From a virus, in IMG/VR virus record IMGVR_UViG_3300031857_000057, positions 39,519-103,518 of that record: a DNA stretch of 64,000 nt. One strand, 5' to 3'. Of this stretch, positions 58,676 to 64,000 are shown in pieces. Under the pieces are notes generated by a model. That model searched no databases. It was not told the DNA's origin and was given only the letters and a program-made list of their open reading frames with translations. Position numbers and translations under genes: made by a program. Position 1 is the first letter of the stretch. Every line of letters begins with the position of its first letter.

Positions 58676-59134
58676 TTACTCCCATTCCTCCATATCTATG
58701 TCATCAACATAGTGAGAGTTGATAACGGTATCGCCATGGTAAATGTCTACCGTCAAATCATCATTCAAGAAATAACGCAAATCAAATGAATCAACTTCAT
58801 TCAGCGGTACCTCAGTGCTGCCTTCAACTTTGATTGTTGCAACCCAGTTGAGAGTTGTTTTTGCTTCATAGCCAATAATCTCGCAAAGTTGACTAAGAAC
58901 GTCTTCTTTTGAGGTATCAGAGTTATACCAGCCATCTGCAGTTAGATTGTCTTGAATCTGTGCTAACTTTTTTTCAGCGGCTGCTAGGAATGACTCAGTA
59001 AACTGCTTCTTACGAAACATCTCATTGATGTCATGCTTAGTAAGCATATGGTGCACAATCTCTCCAGTAGGTTTTTGCTCCAAGCCCTCCACGAGATAGT
59101 TGACGTACAGTGTTGTTAGTTGTGTGTCTTGCAT
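58676..59134 (-). CDS. Hypothetical protein
   Basis: 152 aa; GAAAGGA RBS. Confidence 0.55.
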   Translation of the reverse strand: MQDTQLTTLYVNYLVEGLEQKPTGEIVHHMLTKHDINEMFRKKQFTESFLAAAEKKLAQIQDNLTADGWYNSDTSKEDVLSQLCEIIGYEAKTTLNWVATIKVEGSTEVPLNEVDSFDLRYFLNDDLTVDIYHGDTVINSHYVDDIDMEEWE

Positions 59135-59397
59135 TATTCCATTTCCTTTCCAAGTTCATCAAACTCTCTAACCTCATCAAGCATAGCGTCAAACTGTTCC
59201 TCAGTCAATAATACTGATGTAACAAGATGTGCTGTTAGTGCTGTTAGATGTGTTGAGTAAACAAACATTTCTCTCATCATTTCTTCTTCAGAAAGAATAT
59301 TCTTATTCTCTAATATGTATTTGACTGCGCTTACTACATCTGGTGAATGTAATGCTTCCTTGCTTGCTTCTGCTATTGCTAACGCTGTTGCGCTCAT
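59134..59397 (-). CDS. Hypothetical protein
   Basis: ACAGAAAGGA RBS before ATG 59397. Confidence 0.55.
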   Translation of the reverse strand: MSATALAIAEASKEALHSPDVVSAVKYILENKNILSEEEMMREMFVYSTHLTALTAHLVTSVLLTEEQFDAMLDEVREFDELGKEME

Positions 59398-59472
59398 TGG
59401 TGGTTTCCTTTCTGTATATACCAAGTTTAGCACTAATCTGGGAAAAATACAACTTATCCCGTAAAGCCCCCG

Positions 59473-59488
59473 TGTGAGAAGGATCACA
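59473..59488. promoter_or_regulatory. CRP/GlxR-type site
   Basis: TGTGA-GAAGGA-TCACA. Confidence 0.7.
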
Positions 59489-59515
59489 AGAGCTCGGGCC
59501 CCATTTGGCGGGGAA

Positions 59516-59544
59516 GTGAGCAGTTTATAGTCATGCTCAGGACT
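59516..59544 (-). ncRNA. 3'-UTR H-type pseudoknot, copy 2
   Basis: AGTC-C-TGAGCA-T-GACT-ATAAAC-TGCTCA. Confidence 0.75.
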
Positions 59545-59551
59545 TTTAGTT

Positions 59552-59719
59552 TTAGTAAGTTTTTACCATAGCGAAACGCTTTGCGCCGTTGCTAAGTGTT
59601 AGACCTACACGAGTTACATTTCTACGGATAGGTGTGAAAGAGTTGATTCTTCCAGTTACTCCCACTTTGCTAGTAGTGAAGAGATCTCCTACCTGATATG
59701 TGTATCCTCCTAGAGTCAT
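59552..59719 (-). CDS. Small beta-barrel-like protein (not in the ORF track)
   Basis: 55 aa, MTLGGYTYQVGDLFTTSKSGVTGRI...; ACAGAAAGGA RBS; paralog of 60289-60459. Confidence 0.65.
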   Translation of the reverse strand: MTLGGYTYQVGDLFTTSKVGVTGRINSFTPIRRNVTRVGLTLSNGAKRFAMVKTY

Positions 59720-59749
59720 TTGCTTTTCCTTTCTGTTAGGTGTTTTGTT

Positions 59750-59783
59750 GTGGGCAGTTTTACCTTAGGTGATACCCAGCACC
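59750..59783 (-). ncRNA. 3'-UTR H-type pseudoknot, copy 3
   Basis: GGTG-C-TGGGTA-T-CACC-TAAGGTAAAAC-TGCCCA. Confidence 0.7.
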
Positions 59784-59792
59784 AAATCTCGT

Positions 59793-60179
59793 TTAGAGAT
59801 AACGAGCGATAGCGTTATATGTAGATGTGGAAACTGTTTCCTCATCCGTCATTTTGAGAATACGAATAGCGTTCTCAAGTTCCTCTACCATCTCGTTATA
59901 TGAGTGGCGGTGGATTTGCTCATGCTCACGCTCAGGTTGCTCTGGAAAATCAAGCCCATTGAGGTCTAAGTCAAAATCAACATTGAGATTATTATTCCAA
60001 GCACGATAACTTGTGCGAAGATTTTTAGCCTTAGCGATTTGTGATACGGCTAACTTAGCAACTTCCTTTTCCCACTTTTCAGTAGCCTTCTTATACTTAG
60101 CCTCGTTCTCATCTTGCTTAGCATAGTCAGCCTTGATTTGTGCCAACTTAGTTTCTAAGGCTTTGATAACCTTAGCCAT
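59793..60179 (-). CDS. Helical hypothetical protein
   Basis: 128 aa; ACAGAAAGGGA RBS. Confidence 0.6.
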   Translation of the reverse strand: MAKVIKALETKLAQIKADYAKQDENEAKYKKATEKWEKEVAKLAVSQIAKAKNLRTSYRAWNNNLNVDFDLDLNGLDFPEQPEREHEQIHRHSYNEMVEELENAIRILKMTDEETVSTSTYNAIARYL

Positions 60180-60240
60180 TTGTTTTTCCCTTTCTGTTTG
60201 GTGGTATAAATCTTAGCATTTTGCCAAGATAAAATCAAGT

Positions 60241-60271
60241 TGAGCAGTTTATCCTCCACTTGCTCAGGTGG
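60241..60271 (-). ncRNA. 3'-UTR H-type pseudoknot, copy 4
   Basis: CCAC-C-TGAGCA-A-GTGG-AGGATAAAC-TGCTCA. Confidence 0.75.
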
Positions 60272-60288
60272 CGTTAGCGTTTGCTAAA

Positions 60289-60459
60289 CTAGTTAGACTT
60301 GTTCTTCCAAGTAGTCCAACGAACCTTACCCTCAACATCCAACTTCACACGAACTGTGTTCTTGTCTGTTGGGATGATTTCCTTGATGATACCTGTGACC
60401 TTGCTCTTTTGAGAGGTGTAGGTATCGCCTACCTTGTAGGTTGCTACTGATACTGCCAT
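60289..60459 (-). CDS. Small beta-barrel-like protein
   Basis: TYKVGDTYTSQKSKVTGII; AAGGAG RBS. Confidence 0.6.
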   Translation of the reverse strand: MAVSVATYKVGDTYTSQKSKVTGIIKEIIPTDKNTVRVKLDVEGKVRWTTWKNKSN

Positions 60460-60636
60460 TTTTCTTTCTCCTTTGTTTGTTGTTGTTGCCATAGTATTAT
60501 TATCGCATTATTCATTTGTGTCCGTCAAGTTATTTCTGATATTTCTCATATTTTGAGATTATTCACTTGTTGTCCCCCAAGCCCAATAGCATGAGGAATA
60601 TTAGACCTAGGATTACTACTTCTAGCATAGCCCCCC

Positions 60637-61350
60637 TTATTTCTTCTTTGCGCTAAACACTATATCAGATTTTTGGTAAACGCACAAGCCACACGATACG
60701 CAAGCAGATCCCTTTTCTGATATGAGAGGAATAGCTTTCTTATTCTCAGGACACTTAGCCCCTACCCTGCCAATCATCTCTTTCATGTCTGCCTGCCCTA
60801 TTGCGAAAGTGTCAGCAAGGTATGCCAATCTTATTTCTTTGCTAGCGAGGGTAACGGCAATGTCTTTGTTATCTTGATCTGTTGAGAAGTATAAGGATAA
60901 GTTATCAATACCCTTGAGGATATTAGCTGCAGAAGCTACACGTGTATATACCCAAAATTGAATGTCAGGCTGTTCTTCAATAACTAAACGCCATGCACGT
61001 GCATATTCATCACTAAAGAAGTCACCGTCCCAATGAATGCGGAATAACATTTTAGCATTACGCTTTACACAATCTTTCTTGAATTCTGCAATCATATCTG
61101 AAAGTAGAGAATACATGCCTTGAATATCTTCATCTTTCAATAGATTCCAGTTATGCATTAGAACATCCCTAACGCCTTTGTAGATTTTTTCTAGCTTACC
61201 CGCATAACATACTTTGGCGCATGTAGGTGTCTGTCCAGGACATGAATATTCTTTTCCTGCGGGTAGACCGAAAGTGTTAGCAATAGTAGGTGTCTTGCCA
61301 TTAGGTGAAACGGCATTAGTAACTTTTCTGTCCATAGATCTTTTTAGCAT
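60637..61350 (-). CDS. GP88-like Fe-S / radical-SAM-like protein
   Basis: SCPGQTPTCAKVCYA, FRIHWDGDFF, WVYTR, C-terminal CPE...CVSCGLC. Confidence 0.7.
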   Translation of the reverse strand: MLKRSMDRKVTNAVSPNGKTPTIANTFGLPAGKEYSCPGQTPTCAKVCYAGKLEKIYKGVRDVLMHNWNLLKDEDIQGMYSLLSDMIAEFKKDCVKRNAKMLFRIHWDGDFFSDEYARAWRLVIEEQPDIQFWVYTRVASAANILKGIDNLSLYFSTDQDNKDIAVTLASKEIRLAYLADTFAIGQADMKEMIGRVGAKCPENKKAIPLISEKGSACVSCGLCVYQKSDIVFSAKKK

Positions 61351-61476
61351 GGTGTCCCTTTCTGAATAAACCAAGCTTAGCAGATTCGGGAAAAAATATC
61401 AACTTGCCGTAAATAGGTGTTTCTACGTAAAGGGGGCAAAACGGACAAAACGGCTCGGGGCCCCTTTGGGGAGCTT

Positions 61477-61704
61477 TTACTCTACATATACATAGAGTTC
61501 AACTTGCTCATCATCAAAGAAGAATGTTTCAATAACTTCTTCATATTCATCAAGCATAGCGACATTACACCCTTCATCGCCTTCATTGATACTCTTGATA
61601 GTGAAGAATTCACCTTCAACCTTGATTAGATCGCCCTCCATCAATTGATTAGGATAGAGGAGATCTGCAAAGCGTGTTTCCATGTCGTTTATTGTAGCAG
61701 TCAT
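61477..61704 (-). CDS. Small acidic hypothetical protein
   Basis: GAGG RBS; coupled to the upstream gene. Confidence 0.5.
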   Translation of the reverse strand: MTATINDMETRFADLLYPNQLMEGDLIKVEGEFFTIKSINEGDEGCNVAMLDEYEEVIETFFFDDEQVELYVYVE

Positions 61705-61910
61705 TTTATAACTACCTCGCCATTCGCATAGAAAGTCTTAGTGAACATTTTACCTGTTGGGTCTGTTAGATTATATCTAGCATATACCTTCGCATTTCCA
61801 TAGTCCTTACACTTAGCCCAAGCATCATGAGCCTCCATGAAGTCATGAAGTCTAAGTGTTGATACAAGTTCATCGTCATACCAAGTTGTTAGTGCGTATG
61901 CGTATTCCAT
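61701..61910 (-). CDS. Hypothetical protein
   Basis: GAGG RBS; in operon. Confidence 0.5.
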   Translation of the reverse strand: MEYAYALTTWYDDELVSTLRLHDFMEAHDAWAKCKDYGNAKVYARYNLTDPTGKMFTKTFYANGEVVIK

Positions 61911-62210
61911 TTAGATTTCCTCTCTCTCAATAATCCAAGCCTCTAGGCGGTGGTTCTCAATAATAGCATGAGCAGGGGCAGTATTCTGGTATTTGTAGAA
62001 CACGCCTTCTGGTAGTGGAATCTCCAAGTTCCAAAGCCCTGCGTCATTGACGGCATCAATAGCCTCAATACATGGCTGAATCATGATAGTGGGGACGGGA
62101 GGGTATAGATTAGAAGTCAGGTGAATCCTCATCTGTGTTTCCATATCTAGCATGATACCCAAGTCAGAAAGTGTCCCATCTGCCATTTCATTTGCTAAGT
62201 TGCTTCCCAT
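61911..62210 (-). CDS. Hypothetical protein
   Basis: HLTSNLYPPVP...HRLEAW; GAGG RBS. Confidence 0.55.
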   Translation of the reverse strand: MGSNLANEMADGTLSDLGIMLDMETQMRIHLTSNLYPPVPTIMIQPCIEAIDAVNDAGLWNLEIPLPEGVFYKYQNTAPAHAIIENHRLEAWIIEREEI

Positions 62211-62222
62211 TTTATTTCCTCT

Positions 62223-62411
62223 CTATCGTGCTTCTGGTGTTGTGAATAGTTGTCCTGCGGTAACAGGCTCTAACAATGAATCAAGCAAGTATAACTCATG
62301 CTCCTCATATTTCTCAAATCCTGCCTCGCATGAGCAATACTCAATAGCATACTCATCATCAAACAGGTAGAACACCTCTCCTGAATCTGAACAGATAATA
62401 CAGTTGGTCAT
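62223..62411 (-). CDS. Small zinc-binding protein
   Basis: CIIC...CSC; GAAAGGA RBS. Confidence 0.5.
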   Translation of the reverse strand: MTNCIICSDSGEVFYLFDDEYAIEYCSCEAGFEKYEEHELYLLDSLLEPVTAGQLFTTPEAR

Positions 62412-62528
62412 AGTTTTCCTTTCGTCCAATAAGACAAACCTATCACAGCCCTACGACAATATCAAAACGACACGCCGAATTTTGGGAAAAGTTTCGGGAA
62501 AGCCGTAAAGTGTAACGTAAATCACAGC

Positions 62529-62549
62529 TGTGGATAAACCTGTGGAAAA
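62529..62549 (-). promoter_or_regulatory. Two DnaA-box-like 9-mers
   Basis: TGTGGATAA and TGTGGAAAA on the + strand. Confidence 0.6.
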
Positions 62550-62704
62550 CGCCTCGGGCGCAGTCGGGCGTGTCTAATCCCAGTTAGTTTGTTTTCCTAC
62601 ATTTTTCTTTTCAATTTTTTCGGCGGTATGGATCGCTAACAACTCTGTCAAACTATAAGCAAGAATGAAAAGAGTTGCTAGCGTCGCTATTTGGCTAATC
62701 CACA

Positions 62705-62896
62705 TTATGCGTCAATGAGTCCTAACTCATCTACACCACAACGCTTTTCAAACTTTGCTTTATCAAAGTTTTCATTATCGCCATGAAAGTATTCTGCGAA
62801 CATGTCTACAATATCCTCAAACACTTGCGGATGAATCTCCTGCGAGAATGATTTTAGAATGTCTGCGGTTTTTATGTAGTCTTTTCTAGTCATCAC
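62705..62896 (-). CDS. Small hypothetical protein
   Basis: MTRKDY...DNENFD..KF. Confidence 0.55.
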   Translation of the reverse strand: MMTRKDYIKTADILKSFSQEIHPQVFEDIVDMFAEYFHGDNENFDKAKFEKRCGVDELGLIDA

Positions 62897-63096
62897 TACT
62901 TTACCACCCTAAGAATAGCCCATGAGCCGTTTTCGTTGATTTCGTCTAGTGTTGGTTGGAGTCTAGGAACTACCAAGTCGTGAAGCATAGAAACTAGAAT
63001 GTGATTTATTTGCTCTTCTGAATAGCGTGAGATTATAGTCTCCGCATATTCTCCGATAAACTCAGTTTCAAACTCTAGTGAGTGTCTGATTTTCAT
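62896..63096 (-). CDS. Small hypothetical protein
   Basis: AGAAAAGGA RBS. Confidence 0.5.
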   Translation of the reverse strand: MKIRHSLEFETEFIGEYAETIISRYSEEQINHILVSMLHDLVVPRLQPTLDEINENGSWAILRVVK

Positions 63097-63208
63097 TTGC
63101 TGTCCTTTTCTGTTGGGTTATTTATTGTAGCGGTTAGGGCTGTCAGGGCTTGCGCCATAGATTCTTTTCGTTGTGCCGTTACATATTGGCGGAATTCATC
63201 AAGATTCA

Positions 63209-63376
63209 TTAGTCTGCCTCTATTTCTGTAACTTTGATTAGGTTGATTCCCAAAGCGGGATTCTGTAGAGAGTTTCCAATGTGAATCATTAGATTCTCAT
63301 AGTTTTCTTCATGTGATAGAAACTCGTCAAAGTCTGCCTCAATGTGAAACTCTGCGGTTAGTGTATAAGTAGGCAT
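63209..63376 (-). CDS. Small hypothetical protein
   Basis: AGAAAGGG RBS before MPTYTL. Confidence 0.5.
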   Translation of the reverse strand: MPTYTLTAEFHIEADFDEFLSHEENYENLMIHIGNSLQNPALGINLIKVTEIEAD

Positions 63377-63444
63377 TTTAGCCCCTTTCTTTAGGTTATG
63401 TAGCAAGTCTAGCGGATTTAGTTATTTATAGCAAGCCTAAGCCC

Positions 63445-63460
63445 TGTGAGGTTTATCACA
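63445..63460. promoter_or_regulatory. CRP/GlxR-type site
   Basis: TGTGA-GGTTTA-TCACA. Confidence 0.65.
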
Positions 63461-63696
63461 AGGGCACTTAGGATTAGTCTTAGCAAAGTGGCGAATAAGC
63501 ACCCTTCGCTCAAAGTTAGTTAGTCCAAATACTGAACGGATACCCCCGTCATTATATTCGTGGATAAGTATGTCTAGCCTTTTTTCAGTGAGCATTTTTT
63601 GCCCCTTTCTTTTCTGTTACTCTGTAAGTATCTCACACACTCAGAAAAATATCAAATCCAAAATGCGATCAAAACGGACATTTTGAAAAAAAGTTT

Positions 63697-63712
63697 TGTG
63701 AGAAAACTCACA
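63697..63712. promoter_or_regulatory. CRP/GlxR-type site
   Basis: TGTGA-GAAAAC-TCACA. Confidence 0.7.
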
Positions 63713-63800
63713 TCGTACGTAAACCGACAAAACGGACATTTCGCCCTCGGGCGCTTTCGGCGCATTGTCAAATCAACACGCCGATTTTTTTATTTATTTT

Positions 63801-63989
63801 TTATGGATATTTTCTTTCATCTTCTGTGATTAGGAAATCAAGGTAATCAAGAAATCCTTGCTCATAGGCTATTGGATCAACTGCTTTCAGAACATCAGAC
63901 GGGGAATAAAGAAGATTCCCAATCACTATCTGCTCATTCGTTTCATCTAACATCTGGTCATACAGCGGAAGAAGTAAATCTTCATTCAT
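63801..63989 (-). CDS. Small acidic hypothetical protein
   Basis: GAGG RBS; YDQMLDE...LKAVDPIAY. Confidence 0.55.
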   Translation of the reverse strand: MNEDLLLPLYDQMLDETNEQIVIGNLLYSPSDVLKAVDPIAYEQGFLDYLDFLITEDERKYP

Positions 63990-64000
63990 CGCTTTACCTC

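Noticed and set aside
57464-60271. Pseudoknots as preQ1 or SAM-II riboswitches or as frameshift stimulators
   Set aside because: They lie after stop codons, lack the conserved nucleotides I recall for those riboswitches, and have no slippery site at a suitable distance
60543-60559. Palindrome TCTCA-N5-TGAGA upstream of an early promoter
   Set aside because: Single copy and no regulator can be assigned; plausible operator but unsupported
53874-63751. Intergenic repeats as a CRISPR array or integron attC sites
   Set aside because: Only short motifs are conserved, spacing is on the kilobase scale, and no attC-like long hairpin or integrase is present in the window

Overview
A 64 kb segment of a large, AT-rich tailed phage genome. 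The host is probably an actinobacterium (whiB, ahpC-ahpD, AGAAAGG-type ribosome-binding sites, many leaderless genes); the low GC points to a low-GC freshwater lineage, which is inference. 1-41.2 kb (+ strand): end of the tail module; a replication/recombination block (DnaB, primase, SSB, DnaE, MazG, RecA-like, Hjc-like, Cas4-like, RuvC-like); terminase; surface proteins; a lysis cassette; and many accessory enzymes (carbamoyltransferase, TauD-like, thioredoxin, WhiB, DenV-like, two luciferase-like proteins, IMPDH/GMPR, glycosyltransferases). 41.2-53.5 kb (mostly - strand): a second carbamoyltransferase with SGNH-like partners, ahpCD, 8 tRNAs including an atypical tRNA-Ile(UAU), and small genes. 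53.5-64 kb: an early-type array of short leftward cassettes. The strongest unexplained signals are non-coding: (1) a promoter-driven ~95 nt RNA whose hairpin loops (CCCUUUCU) are complementary to the CAGAAAGG(G) RBS of at least nine early genes; (2) four copies of a covarying H-type pseudoknot just after early-gene stop codons; (3) a repeated intergenic module (GGGA-N15/16-CGTAA ... CTCGGG) carrying CRP, DnaA and GACAC boxes, with an MraZ-like repeat at the left boundary of the array. All calls come from reading the sequence; no database searches were run.
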